Origin: an uncultured Bacteroidaceae bacterium | GTDB taxonomy: Bacteria > CAIWAD01 | Assembly: GCA_964568855.1 (NCBI GenBank) | Contig: CAZMSD010000011.1 | Location: 13,512-77,511, forward strand | DNA: 64,000 nucleotides | Direction: 5' to 3' | Shown: in pieces, positions 36,928-46,888 of the stretch | Layout of the letters: the number at the start of each line of letters is the position of its first letter | How positions within the stretch are numbered: position 1 is the stretch's first letter | The notes under the pieces: generated by a model | What the model was told of the DNA's origin: nothing | The model's input: the letters and a program-made list of their open reading frames with translations, nothing else | Database searches by the model: none | Position numbers and translations under genes: made by a program

Positions 36928-37743
36928 ATGATGCGAAACCTGTTGCTCGGTCTCCTGATCGCGGGCGCCACCCTCGGCGCAGTGGCGCAGGACCTGAAAA
37001 CCATGCCCCTGAACCGGCTGATCGACAACCCCACGGCGGGGATCCTCCAGCGGGGACACTTCGACTTCGACATGGCGCTCTATTCCCAGGGCGGGGTACT
37101 GCTTTCCTTCAGCGTAGGACTGCTGGAACGGATGAACATGGGCGCCTCCTACGGCGGCACCTACATCATCTCCGATCAGAAGCCCGAGTGGAACCAGCGG
37201 CCGGAGCTGAGCCTCAAGTACCGGCTCTTCGACGAGAGCGTGACCTGGCCCGCGGTGGTTCTGGGCTACAGCGGACAGGGGCGCGGCCTGTGGATCGATG
37301 AGAACAGCATGGATCTCAATGGGGACGGGACCACCGACAAGCACCCCGCCCGCTACGAAGTGAAGGCCAAGGGCTTTTTCGCCGTGGCCGGCAAGAACTT
37401 CATCCTGGGGAACCTGGGCCTGCTGGGCCTGCACATGGGCGCCAACATCAATCCCGTGGAAAACGACGACGACCGGGGGCTGAATCTCTGGCTGGGCATG
37501 GACAAGGAGATCAACAACGAGCTGACTGCGGTGGCGGAGTACGATTTCGCTTTCGACGACGCCAAGACAGGCCTGAGCAAGAACATGGGCTTTCTCAACT
37601 TAGGCTTGCGCTGGACCTTCGCCGAACGCCTGTCCATCGAATTGGATTTCAAGGACGTCTTCCAGAATCGTGAAGATTTGACCGGTCGATCGGTAAACAG
37701 CGTCAGCCGCGAGATCAAGATCACCTACATCGAATTTCTCTAG
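36928..37743 (+). CDS. outer-membrane beta-barrel protein, YjbH-like
   Basis: Signal peptide, LIDNPTAGIL motif, amphipathic strands, aromatic C-terminus. Confidence 0.7.
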   Translation: MMRNLLLGLLIAGATLGAVAQDLKTMPLNRLIDNPTAGILQRGHFDFDMALYSQGGVLLSFSVGLLERMNMGASYGGTYIISDQKPEWNQRPELSLKYRLFDESVTWPAVVLGYSGQGRGLWIDENSMDLNGDGTTDKHPARYEVKAKGFFAVAGKNFILGNLGLLGLHMGANINPVENDDDRGLNLWLGMDKEINNELTAVAEYDFAFDDAKTGLSKNMGFLNLGLRWTFAERLSIELDFKDVFQNREDLTGRSVNSVSREIKITYIEFL

Positions 37744-37858
37744 GAACCCGTCGGACCGGCGGCTATTTCATCTTGCCCACGGTTTCGATTGCGAAACAGC
37801 CCGGATCTGAGTATTAACCACCGCGGGAACCAGGATTCGCAGCGGTGGTTTTTCTGCC

Positions 37859-38791
37859 ATGGGAACGGCATCGATGCGCAGGGGCATACAAAACGCGAAA
37901 CGGGACTCCGAGAGCCGGCGGGCAGCGCCGGATCAGGACCGCTGGAATCGACCGGTCCTGCGCCTCGTCGCTGCCGGCTCCGCCGCGCTGCTCGTGATAC
38001 TCTGCGCCGGGTGCTACACGCTGCTGCGACATCCATCCGTGAACCAGGGTTTCGCGTCCTACGAACCGGTTCCCTACGAGAACTGCCGGGCCTGTCACAC
38101 GGGCACGCTTGTGCACGAAGACGCCTGGCACTCGTGGTGGATGTATTTCGATCCCGAACTCGACCTGGAAGACCCCGCGGACCGCTACTTCGTTTACGAG
38201 CGACTGCCCTGGTGGTGGAACACGGGGGGAACGGGCTTCAGAGGCGGTTATGCAGCTTCGCCGGGCGAATCGGCGAATGTTCCGGAGGACGGACTCCCGA
38301 TCTTCGCGCGGCCGCGCTTCCGACCAGAACCCAGCGGCCCATCGGGCGAAGGTTCTGTGCCCCCGGACAGCAACAGGGTTGGGGATCCGAAACCACACCC
38401 CCCTGGGGATCAGCCCTTCGGGCCCGTTACCCCTCCCGAAAAACCCGATCCGAAGCGGGACCTGGAAGAGAACCCGGTGACGGAAGGCGCATCCGAAGAA
38501 CCTCAGAAGCCCGCTCCGGATAAGAAGCAGAAGGACGAGGCGCAATCCGGCGGGGATTCCGCCCCCAAGAAGAACGCGCCGAAAAAAGCTCCCCGGACCG
38601 AATCGGAACCCGAGAAGAAGGGCAAGCCGGCGAAGGCTGAGCCGGATGCCGAGAAGAAAAGCGACCCTCCGAAAAGCAAGCCGGAAACCAAAAAGGACAA
38701 GCCCGCTCCTAAAAAAGCGGGTGACGGCGCATCCAGGAGCGAGTCCGACGAACAGCCGAAGCGGTCCGCACACCCAAGAAGCAGGCCTTAG
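37859..38791 (+). CDS. lipoprotein with CxxCH motif and Pro/Lys/Glu-rich tail
   Basis: Lipobox CAGC; CRACH at 38084-38098; low-complexity C-terminal half. Confidence 0.68.
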   Translation: MGTASMRRGIQNAKRDSESRRAAPDQDRWNRPVLRLVAAGSAALLVILCAGCYTLLRHPSVNQGFASYEPVPYENCRACHTGTLVHEDAWHSWWMYFDPELDLEDPADRYFVYERLPWWWNTGGTGFRGGYAASPGESANVPEDGLPIFARPRFRPEPSGPSGEGSVPPDSNRVGDPKPHPPGDQPFGPVTPPEKPDPKRDLEENPVTEGASEEPQKPAPDKKQKDEAQSGGDSAPKKNAPKKAPRTESEPEKKGKPAKAEPDAEKKSDPPKSKPETKKDKPAPKKAGDGASRSESDEQPKRSAHPRSRP

Positions 38792-38836
38792 TGGACCGAT
38801 TCATGTGAATCGATCCGCGAGACCAGGAAACAGAGC

Positions 38837-40186
38837 ATGGTTACACGGAACAGTAAGCCGCCTTTTTCGCGGTTGATCTCAGGCGCCCTGCTGCTGTGCC
38901 TGCCAACTTGCCTGCTGCTGCAGGTCGATGAAGCGCGGGCGGCGGCGGAAGCCGACGTGATGAGCCTGACGCCGGTATATCCCGGGGCGCGCGCGGCCGG
39001 GATGGGCGGGGCCTACCTGGCGCTGGCCGACGACTGGACCGCCGCGCTGTGGAATCCCGCCGGACTGGCGCGCATGAAGCGCACCGAACTCTCGGGCAGC
39101 CTCTCCCGGACCAACTATGAAAACAGCGCCTTTCTTTCCGTGGACGGCCAGCCCGAGCCCGCGGTGAACAGCGACGATCGTAGCACCCGGCTGGATCACC
39201 TGGGTTTCGCCTACCCCGTGCCCGTCTTCCGCGGCGGACTCGCCTGGGGCCTGGGTTATGCCTCGCTGCGGCGCTTCAACCAGCCCTACGGCATCCGCGA
39301 CGGTTCACACCGGATCGCGGTGGACGAGCGGGGCGACCTGGGCGCCTTCCTGGTCAGCGGAGCGGCCCAGCTCAGCAGGACCTTCTACGGCGGCCTCTCG
39401 CTGATGTTCCTGCGCGGCGGGGACGAGTATCTGTATCACGAAGAGGACGCCGATTTCAACGTCTACCACCGCCTGGACGACATCGAGCTGGACGGTTTCG
39501 GCCTGCGGCTCGGGGGCTTGTTCCGGCCGATTAAGCCGCTCTGGCTGGGTTTGGCGATCCAGCCGCCGCTGACCCTGAACGTGGATCTCACTGTTTCCGG
39601 GTACGAGGACGTCGACGGCACGACCTATCCCTTCGGCGACGGTTCGCAGTACGAATTCCGGCTGCCGCTGGAGCTGGGACTGGGCGCCGCCTGGAAGGAA
39701 CGCTTCTTGATCCTGGCGGCCAGCATGATCTGGCGCGACTGGTCCGAGGCGGAGTATCACAACATGCCCGGCGGACAGGACCAGCTGCTCAACCTGGAAA
39801 CCAGGCGGGGCTATGATCCCGTGACACAGATCAACCTGGGCGGGGAGATCACGGTCCCTGGTACCGACCTGCGCCTCAGGGCCGGCGCCTGGCACCACGC
39901 CCTGCCGCAGAACTCCACGCGCCTGAGCTACACGGCCGAAACGGCAGGCGGAAACCCGTACCAGGTCGATTACTGGAGCTGGAAACACGATACAGCGCGC
40001 TACGGGTACAGCCTCGGGCTGGGCTACCTGATCGACGAAGTGGTGTCCCTTGACCTGGCCCTGACCCGCGAATTGTATTCTTTCTCCTATCTCGAATACC
40101 AGGAACCCGGATTCGACGCGTATCGCATCAGCGAGGACCGCGATTCCTTCGGAGTGATCCTGACGGTGTATTACCGCATGTACTGA
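38837..40186 (+). CDS. OmpP1/FadL family outer-membrane transporter
   Basis: GARAAGMGGAYLA...ALWNPAGLA N-terminal motif; barrel strands; terminal YYRMY. Confidence 0.82.
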   Translation: MVTRNSKPPFSRLISGALLLCLPTCLLLQVDEARAAAEADVMSLTPVYPGARAAGMGGAYLALADDWTAALWNPAGLARMKRTELSGSLSRTNYENSAFLSVDGQPEPAVNSDDRSTRLDHLGFAYPVPVFRGGLAWGLGYASLRRFNQPYGIRDGSHRIAVDERGDLGAFLVSGAAQLSRTFYGGLSLMFLRGGDEYLYHEEDADFNVYHRLDDIELDGFGLRLGGLFRPIKPLWLGLAIQPPLTLNVDLTVSGYEDVDGTTYPFGDGSQYEFRLPLELGLGAAWKERFLILAASMIWRDWSEAEYHNMPGGQDQLLNLETRRGYDPVTQINLGGEITVPGTDLRLRAGAWHHALPQNSTRLSYTAETAGGNPYQVDYWSWKHDTARYGYSLGLGYLIDEVVSLDLALTRELYSFSYLEYQEPGFDAYRISEDRDSFGVILTVYYRMY

Positions 40187-40267
40187 GAAGATCCGCTCGC
40201 AAGTCCTCGCGTGCTCCATCTGTAGACGATCCACGAGTTCCGACACTCCCGGAAGGAATCACCGCCA

Positions 40268-41656
40268 ATGACCCGCAAGAGCAAGACTCCCTCAGTGCTG
40301 CTGGTCCTCTGCGCCTGCGTCCTTTGCGCTTCCGCGGCCGACTCTTCGGATATTCCCGAGAACGTAATCGTGATGATCAGCGACGGCTGCGGCTACAACC
40401 ACGTGCTGGCGACGAACTACTACCAGCACGGCGCCGCGGAAAAGCAGGTCTACGAGCGCTTTCCCGTACGGGTGGGAATGAGCACCTGGTCGACGGACAC
40501 GGGCGGCTACGAGCCCGAGCGGGCGGCCGCCGACCTGGACTACCTCGACCGGAAGCCCACCGATTCCGCAGCGGCCGCCACCGCCATGTCAACCGGCGTC
40601 AAGACCTGCAACGGCGCCATCGGCGTCGATCCCTCGGGCCGCGCCCTGAGACACCTCGCGGAGCGGGCCGAAGAACTCGGCAAGGCCACCGGCGTCGTGT
40701 CCAGCGTGCCCCTGTCGCACGCCACGCCGGCGGGTTTCGCGGTCCACAATCCCTCCCGCGGCAACTACGCGGAAATCGCCCGCTCGATGATCCTGGACAG
40801 CGCGCTGGACCTGATCATGGGCTGTGGAAATCCCTTCTTCGACGACGACGGCGAGCCGCTCGGAGCGCGCGACACTGACGAGAGAAGTGAGCCGGAGAAG
40901 CCGGATTATCACTACGTGGGCGGTCCGGACACCTGGCGTGCTCTCGTGGAGGGCCGGGCGGGCGGTGACGCCGACGGCGACGGCGCCCCGGACCCTTGGT
41001 TGTTGATCCAGGAACGGGGCGAGTTCGAGTGCCTGGCTTCGGGCGGCATGGCGCGTGTATCACGCCTGATCGGCGTGACGCAGGTCGCTTCCACGCTGCA
41101 GGTGGGGCGGGGCGATTCCCGCGGGGACGAAGCGGAGACCGCGCTGCCTTTCGAGGTTCCGTTGAACGACAATGTGCCCGATCTGCCGCTGATGTCCCGG
41201 GGCGCGCTCAACCTGCTTGCGCGCAATCCCGCCGGCTTCTTTCTGATGATCGAGGGCGGCGCGGTGGATTGGGCCAGCCACGGCAACTCCTCGGAACGGA
41301 TGATCGAAGAGGAACTCGATTTCAGCGAAGCCGTGGAGACGGTAGTCAAGTGGGTGGAGCGGCACGGCGACTGGCGTGAGACGCTGCTGATCGTGACGGG
41401 CGACCACGAGTGCGGCGGGCTCCGGGGACCCGGATCTGATACTGACCGGCGCCCGCTGGTGAATCACGGCGAAGGCCGGCTGCCCGGGATGGAATGGGGC
41501 TCCACGCACCACACCAACGACCTGATCCCGTTCTACGCCAAGGGAGCGGGGAGTTCCGGCTTCGTCGAGCGGGCCGAGGGGCGGGATCCCCGTCACGGCG
41601 CTTACATCGATAACACGGATCTGGCGAGAGTGGTTTTCCAGCTCTGGGACCGATAG
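40268..41656 (+). CDS. alkaline phosphatase (PhoA family)
   Basis: VMISDGCG, DSAAAATA (catalytic Ser), HATPAG, EGGAVDWASH, TGDHECG, HT. Confidence 0.93.
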   Translation: MTRKSKTPSVLLVLCACVLCASAADSSDIPENVIVMISDGCGYNHVLATNYYQHGAAEKQVYERFPVRVGMSTWSTDTGGYEPERAAADLDYLDRKPTDSAAAATAMSTGVKTCNGAIGVDPSGRALRHLAERAEELGKATGVVSSVPLSHATPAGFAVHNPSRGNYAEIARSMILDSALDLIMGCGNPFFDDDGEPLGARDTDERSEPEKPDYHYVGGPDTWRALVEGRAGGDADGDGAPDPWLLIQERGEFECLASGGMARVSRLIGVTQVASTLQVGRGDSRGDEAETALPFEVPLNDNVPDLPLMSRGALNLLARNPAGFFLMIEGGAVDWASHGNSSERMIEEELDFSEAVETVVKWVERHGDWRETLLIVTGDHECGGLRGPGSDTDRRPLVNHGEGRLPGMEWGSTHHTNDLIPFYAKGAGSSGFVERAEGRDPRHGAYIDNTDLARVVFQLWDR

Positions 41657-41703
41657 CGGACCGGGAGATCCCGCAGCATCAGGGAAGAGATCGCGCCTCC
41701 CGG

Positions 41704-42027
41704 CTATTCCTCGATTCCCAGCTCCTCGAGCGGCTGTCGCAGCGCTTCCTTGAGCAGCTTGCCGGGTTTGAAATGGGTCTTGCGGCGCGGCGGCACATAG
41801 ACGATTTCGTTCGTTTTCGGATTGCGTGCTTTCGGCTTGGCCTTCGTCCGCTTCACCTCGAAGACTCCGAAATCCCGGATTTCAATTCGGCATTCCGGAA
41901 TGGCCTCCGCCATGATCTCCCGCAACACGGTGAACAGGGCGTCCACCGTGCGGGCGGTTTCCGGCTGCCTAAAACCGGTGCGTTCCATCACCAGCTCAAC
42001 GATATCCTTCTTGATGAATGTCTTCAT
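41704..42027 (-). CDS. HU/IHF family DNA-binding protein
   Basis: IEIRDFGVFEVK...ARNPKT...FKPGK. Confidence 0.93.
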   Translation of the reverse strand: MKTFIKKDIVELVMERTGFRQPETARTVDALFTVLREIMAEAIPECRIEIRDFGVFEVKRTKAKPKARNPKTNEIVYVPPRRKTHFKPGKLLKEALRQPLEELGIEE

Positions 42028-42261
42028 ACCGGACCTCGTTGCTGAACTCCAACTCCGCGCTCAGAACACGTCGCTCCGTTCAAATCGACCCACCTGCGCG
42101 TCACTGTGACAGGGATGACTATTCCAAGACCACGTTTTTCTAGAACTTAGCTGCAAGCCAAAGTAAAACAAGCAATTGGTCTGGTCAAGGGAAAATCATC
42201 TCCTTCAATAACAACCGCTTATATCGGTAGTCCAGAGCAAGGGATTTAGCTGCTTGCGTGA

Positions 42262-43302
42262 TTATTTTTCGAAGCGACTTTTTTCAGCGGGAGCAAGAAC
42301 GCGGCCGATGACGGCGGCCTCCGCCTGATCCAGCTTATTCAATTCTTCCACCAGTCTTCCCGCACCACTCTCCGGCAGCGCGATCAGCAGGCCTCCCGAG
42401 GTCTGCGGATCCCCCAGCAGAACCTGCCACTTTAGCTCAAGATCGTTCACGGGCAGGACGCCCTCCGCCGCGGCCAGGTTCCGGCGCATCGGTCCCGACA
42501 GGCCGTAGCGCTCCGCCGCTTCTTCTGCGCCCGCGTACACTGGCAGCCTGTTCAGGTGCACTTCCACGGCGAAGCCGCCCGGTCCCAGCATTTCCACAAG
42601 ATGTCCGGCCAGTCCGTAACCGGTCACGTCCGTGGCGGCGTGCACTCCGTGTTCGAGCATCAGGCGGGACGGTTGTTCGTTCAGGCGGATCATCACCTCC
42701 TGGGCCACGCGCAGGTGCTCGGGATCCAGCTCGCCCTTTCCCTCGGCGCTAAGCAACAGGCCCGTTCCCAGCGGCTTGGTCAGCACCAGCAGATCGCCTT
42801 CGCGCAGCGTATGGTTGCGCACGATCCGCCCGGGGTGTATCACGCCGCTGACGGACAATCCGTATTTCAGCTCGGGATCCCGGACGGTGTGTCCACCCAG
42901 GACCAGCGCCCCCGCCGCCAGGATGCGCTCCTGTCCACCCTCGAGAATCCGCGCCAGCGCTTCCTGCGCGGGGCCGACCTCGGGAAAACAGCAGACGTTC
43001 AGCGCGGCGAGCGGAACGCAGCCCATGGCGTAAATGTCCGACATGGAATTGGCCGCGGCGATCCTGCCGAAGACGTAGGGATCATCCGCCACCGGCGTGA
43101 TCAAATCAACCGTGCTTACCAGCGCCTGTTCATCGTTCAGCCGCACCACGCCCGCGTCGTCGCTGGTGTCATAACCCACCAGCAGGCGAGAGTCCTTTCC
43201 CTCCTCGGGCAGCAGTTTCAACAGGTCCAACGGACCCATCTTCGCCGCTCAACCGCCGGAACAGGCGAATCTCGTCATCCGCCAGGCTTCGTCGTTTTTC
43301 AT
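42262..43302 (-). CDS. selD: selenide, water dikinase (selenophosphate synthetase), selenoprotein with Sec at codon 18
   Basis: ATG 43302 gives MKNDEAWRMTRFACSGG-U-AAKMGP with in-frame TGA at 43251-43249; DDAGV, ANSMSDIYAMG, GGHT, DVTGYGL, DPQTSGGLL. Confidence 0.95.
43224..43236 (-). promoter_or_regulatory. candidate bacterial SECIS apical hairpin
   Basis: GGTCC-GTT-GGACC starting 13 nt after the UGA, loop G at +18. Confidence 0.6.
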
Positions 43303-43790
43303 GCTCTCGTTGTCCGCTTGCATACAATCTCTTCTCGCGCCACTCTCCGTCAAGTACTCTTCCGGACTGTCGCTAAAGCTGTTCTGTTAGATTTCCATCC
43401 CTGCCCGTTCAATGTACTTCAGTCCACTATATTCACACAATAAGTCTTCGTGCTTTGTAATATCGATAGCAATGGATGCGTGCAAATTTTTTGTTCACAA
43501 CTCGACGATAATCCATTTTTCTCTTGTCTGGTTTATTTGAGCAGCCTCCGGAAACCTGATTCGTGGTAGCAGTTCAATTGTCGGTACCAATGAATTGCGG
43601 GTTCGCGCCGGCCAAGTTCAAACCTTGTATTATCAATGTGTTAAATCAATGAGTGCTCGTTCACCATGAAAAAAGCGCGTGCTTTTACCTTGAGCTCGGC
43701 GCTCCATCTTGACAGGGCAAAACGCAAGGATTATATTGATGCCCCACTCAAGACCGGCAAATCGATTCTGTGGATAACTCGTGAATAACT
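43303..43790. other. AT-rich region with DnaA boxes, probable oriC part
   Basis: Perfect box TGTGGATAA 43769-43777; near-consensus boxes at 43429, 43491, 43780; AT-rich relative to flanks; upstream of dnaA. Confidence 0.7.
43709..43737 (+). promoter_or_regulatory. sigma70 promoter of dnaA
   Basis: TTGACA-17 nt-TATATT; DnaA box about 30 nt downstream, consistent with autoregulation. Confidence 0.8.
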
Positions 43791-43801
43791 CCCTCGGATC
43801 T

Positions 43802-45178
43802 ATGTCTGTCACTGCTAACACCACCCCCGTTTCTGAACATTGGGAACGTTTCGTTAGAGCAGTTGATGAAATTGCTCCGACTAAAAAGCTGAATGAAATC
43901 TGGTTTAGAAAACTTCGCCCAATCAGCTTCGATGGGGAAACGCTCACCGTAGAGGCTCCGCCCACGGTGTTCACTGAGTACCTTGTGAATACTCATCGTG
44001 AATTGATTCGCCGAGCCATGTCTTCGGCCATGGGTGAAGGGACTGAACTGAACATCGTCAAGCCCGAAGACGAACCGGAGCAGCGGCCGGCCGATCTCGG
44101 CACGCAGGTTCTGCGCTTCCCCGATCTGAGCCGGCAGGCGGAACGCCATCGCAGCAACCTGAATCCGCGGTACCGCTTCGACAACTACATCGAAGGGGAA
44201 TCCAACCGCTTCGCCGTAGCCGCGGCCCGGTCCATCGCCGAGACGCCCACCACCACGCCCTTCAACCCATTCTTCGTTTACGGAGGAAGCGGATTCGGCA
44301 AGACGCACCTGATCCAGTCCGTCGGTAATTTCTGCGTGCGCAGCGGTTCCCTGGGGCGCGTGATCTACGTGACCAGCGAGCAGTTCGTCAACCAGTTCAT
44401 TACCTCGATCAAGACCAAGCGAACCACCGATTTCGCCCACCTCTACCGCAGCGTGGACATGCTGATCCTGGACGACATCCAGTTCTTCAAGGGCAAGGAA
44501 CGGACCCTGACCGAGTTCTTCCACACCTTCAACACACTCTACCAGGCGGGCAAGCAGATCATTCTCTCTTCCGACCGGCCGCCCAAGGACCTGGAGGATC
44601 TCAACGACCGCCTCACCAGCCGCTTCGCCTCGGGACTGGTCACCGAAGTCACGTTGCCCGACTACGAGACGCGCGTGGCCATTCTTGAAAAGCGGGCCGA
44701 AGAGCACCGCGTGACCCTCGACGCCGGCATCATCCAGTTCATGGCCAGCCACATTTCCACCAACGTGCGCGACCTGGAGGGCGCCCTGCTGCAGCTCATC
44801 GGCCAGAGCAGCCTGCTGAGAAAGCCGATCACCCTGGAACTGACCAAGTCCGTGGTCAAGTCGGTGGCCCCCATCCGCCGCGTGCAGGTCTCCATGGAGA
44901 CAATCGCCGAGTCCTGCGCGGATTTCTACGGCATTCCCCTGCGCGACCTGAAGGACCGCGGGCGCAAGAAGGAAATCGCCCTGGCCAGGCAGGTGGCCAT
45001 GTACATCTGCCACAAGCTGACCCGGCACTCCCTCAGGGGCATCGCGCTGCATTTCGGCCGCCGGGACCACAGCACGGTGATACACGCCGTGAAGACCATC
45101 GAGGACAACATGTCCCGCGATCCGGCCTTCCTCGCCGACGTGGACGACCTGATCCGCGATATCGAAGTGAACTCGTAA
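43802..45178 (+). CDS. dnaA: chromosomal replication initiator DnaA
   Basis: NPFFVYGGSGFGKTHL, LILDDIQF, SRFASGL, NVRDLEGAL, RQVAMY...RDHSTVIHA; start could be GTG 43781. Confidence 0.98.
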   Translation: MSVTANTTPVSEHWERFVRAVDEIAPTKKLNEIWFRKLRPISFDGETLTVEAPPTVFTEYLVNTHRELIRRAMSSAMGEGTELNIVKPEDEPEQRPADLGTQVLRFPDLSRQAERHRSNLNPRYRFDNYIEGESNRFAVAAARSIAETPTTTPFNPFFVYGGSGFGKTHLIQSVGNFCVRSGSLGRVIYVTSEQFVNQFITSIKTKRTTDFAHLYRSVDMLILDDIQFFKGKERTLTEFFHTFNTLYQAGKQIILSSDRPPKDLEDLNDRLTSRFASGLVTEVTLPDYETRVAILEKRAEEHRVTLDAGIIQFMASHISTNVRDLEGALLQLIGQSSLLRKPITLELTKSVVKSVAPIRRVQVSMETIAESCADFYGIPLRDLKDRGRKKEIALARQVAMYICHKLTRHSLRGIALHFGRRDHSTVIHAVKTIEDNMSRDPAFLADVDDLIRDIEVNS

Positions 45179-45185
45179 GGGCGGG

Positions 45186-45254
45186 CGGTCACAGCCGGCC
45201 GAAACGGCCGGTCACAGCCGGACGAAACGGCCGGTCATAGCCGGACGAAACGGC
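45186..45254 (+). repeat. 3 x 23-bp tandem repeat immediately after dnaA
   Basis: CGGTCA(C/T)AGCCGG(C/A)CGAAACGGC at 45186, 45209, 45232. Confidence 0.92.
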
Positions 45255-45383
45255 GCGGAAGTCGGAACTCCAACCCACCCTGAACCGTCCCCGTACATCC
45301 GTACCCGACCCGGACTCTGACCGCGCCGCTTCAGGCTTCCGAAACATTCGATTTCGGGGCGACGAGCTGGTGTTTTCGAACGC

Positions 45384-45617
45384 TGATTCACAGACCGCGA
45401 AGTGTGTCCACAACCCGGAGTGAACAAGTGGTGCAAACCAGGTGGAAACCGGTGGGAAATCCACTAGCCAAGCGGTCTCAGAGGCCGTCTCGGTTGATAA
45501 ACTAGGGCTGGTTCCTTAGCTTTTGATGTTGCTGTTCACAGGCTCCCCGCGGCCCCTGTTCAGCGCAGTTTCTTGTCTCACATGGACTTGGCGAAACAGG
45601 CGGAAGAGTTGTCCACC
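45384..45617. other. cluster of degenerate DnaA boxes in the dnaA-dnaN spacer
   Basis: TGATTCACA 45384, GTGTCCACA 45404, AGTGAACAA 45419, GGTTGATAA 45492, CTGTTCACA 45532, TTGTCCACC 45609 (1-2 mismatches each). Confidence 0.55.
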
Positions 45618-45766
45618 GGATCCACCGCTCTACGGTGAGTACGAGTCTCTCTTCTTCTCTATAATCATCTCGGAGTCGGCCGGATCGCGGAAGATCCGCC
45701 GCAGGTGCAAGGGCTCCCGGAGCCCGGCGGACTCCATGCAGAATCAACGGAAGAGGTCCCCAGACC

Positions 45767-46888
45767 ATGCGATTTTCCGTTCCACAAAAAGGCTTCCTGA
45801 CTCAGATTCAGAAGCTCGCCGCGGTGGTGCCCAGCAAGACCACCCATCCGATCCTGAACAACATCCTGTTCCGACTGAGCGAGGAGAGTCTCGAGCTGAC
45901 GGCGACGGACCTGGAGATTTCAGTGACCAGTTCCCTGGACGTCACGGTGGAAGAGCCGGGCGAGGCGGCCATTCCCGCGAAACGCCTGCTGGACATCGTC
46001 CGCGAACTGGACGACCTGCCCCTCACCGTGCACAGCGACAAGAACGGCCAGATCGAAATCATTTCCGGACAGGGCAACTTCCAGATTCCCGGAGAATCGG
46101 CCGAGAGCTTCCCGGTGCTGCCCGAGATCTCCGTGGAGTCGGAACTCAATTTTCCCGCCGGTCGCCTGCGGCAGCACGTGGAACGCCTGACTTTCGCCGT
46201 TTCCACGGACGAGCTGAGGCCGGTGCTCACCGGAGTGCTCTTCGAGTTCACCGACGACTCGCTGAACATGGTGGCCACCGACGGACATCGCCTGGTGCGG
46301 CTGCGCGACCTGAGTCTTTCCGGCCAGAAGGGACTCGGCGCCGTGGTGATTCCCGTCAAGGCGCTCAACCTGGTGACGCGAAGCATGGAGAGCGAGGACG
46401 CCGAATTGCTGCTGGGACTGGCGCAGGGTCATCTCGTCTTCCGCTTCGAAGGAACGAGCATCTTCACCCGGCTGATCGACGGCCGCTACCCGGCCTACGA
46501 GGGAGTGATTCCACAGCAGAACGAGAACATCCTCCAAGCCAACCGGAACACGCTGAGCCGCGCCGTCAAGCAGGCTTCCCACTGCGCCAACAGCATCACC
46601 CGGCAGATCAACCTGAGCATGTCGGAAGACCGGCTGGTGGTCACGGCCGAGGACAACGAGTACGGCAGCCGGGCCCGCACCGAGCTGGACGTGGACTACG
46701 TTGGGGAACCGCTCGAGATCGCCTTCAACGCCAGCTACGTGGACCAGATGCTGCGGCACGTGGCCACCGATACGGTCACCTTGAAGTTCGGGTCTCCGGA
46801 ACGCGCCGCGCTGCTGCTGCCCGAAGTGAACCGGGAAGGCGAGGACTTCCTCATGCTGCTGATGCCCGTACGCCTGATGCGGTCGTGA
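45767..46888 (+). CDS. dnaN: DNA polymerase III beta clamp
   Basis: LTATDLEI, MVATDGHRL, RLIDGRYP, IAFNASY, LLMPVR. Confidence 0.98.
   Translation: MRFSVPQKGFLTQIQKLAAVVPSKTTHPILNNILFRLSEESLELTATDLEISVTSSLDVTVEEPGEAAIPAKRLLDIVRELDDLPLTVHSDKNGQIEIISGQGNFQIPGESAESFPVLPEISVESELNFPAGRLRQHVERLTFAVSTDELRPVLTGVLFEFTDDSLNMVATDGHRLVRLRDLSLSGQKGLGAVVIPVKALNLVTRSMESEDAELLLGLAQGHLVFRFEGTSIFTRLIDGRYPAYEGVIPQQNENILQANRNTLSRAVKQASHCANSITRQINLSMSEDRLVVTAEDNEYGSRARTELDVDYVGEPLEIAFNASYVDQMLRHVATDTVTLKFGSPERAALLLPEVNREGEDFLMLLMPVRLMRS

Noticed and set aside
43303-43780. rpmH (L34) upstream of dnaA
   Set aside because: No MKRT(F/Y)QP-like ORF found on either strand
45186-45254. 23-bp repeats as a mini-CRISPR
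   Set aside because: Units are directly contiguous with no spacers
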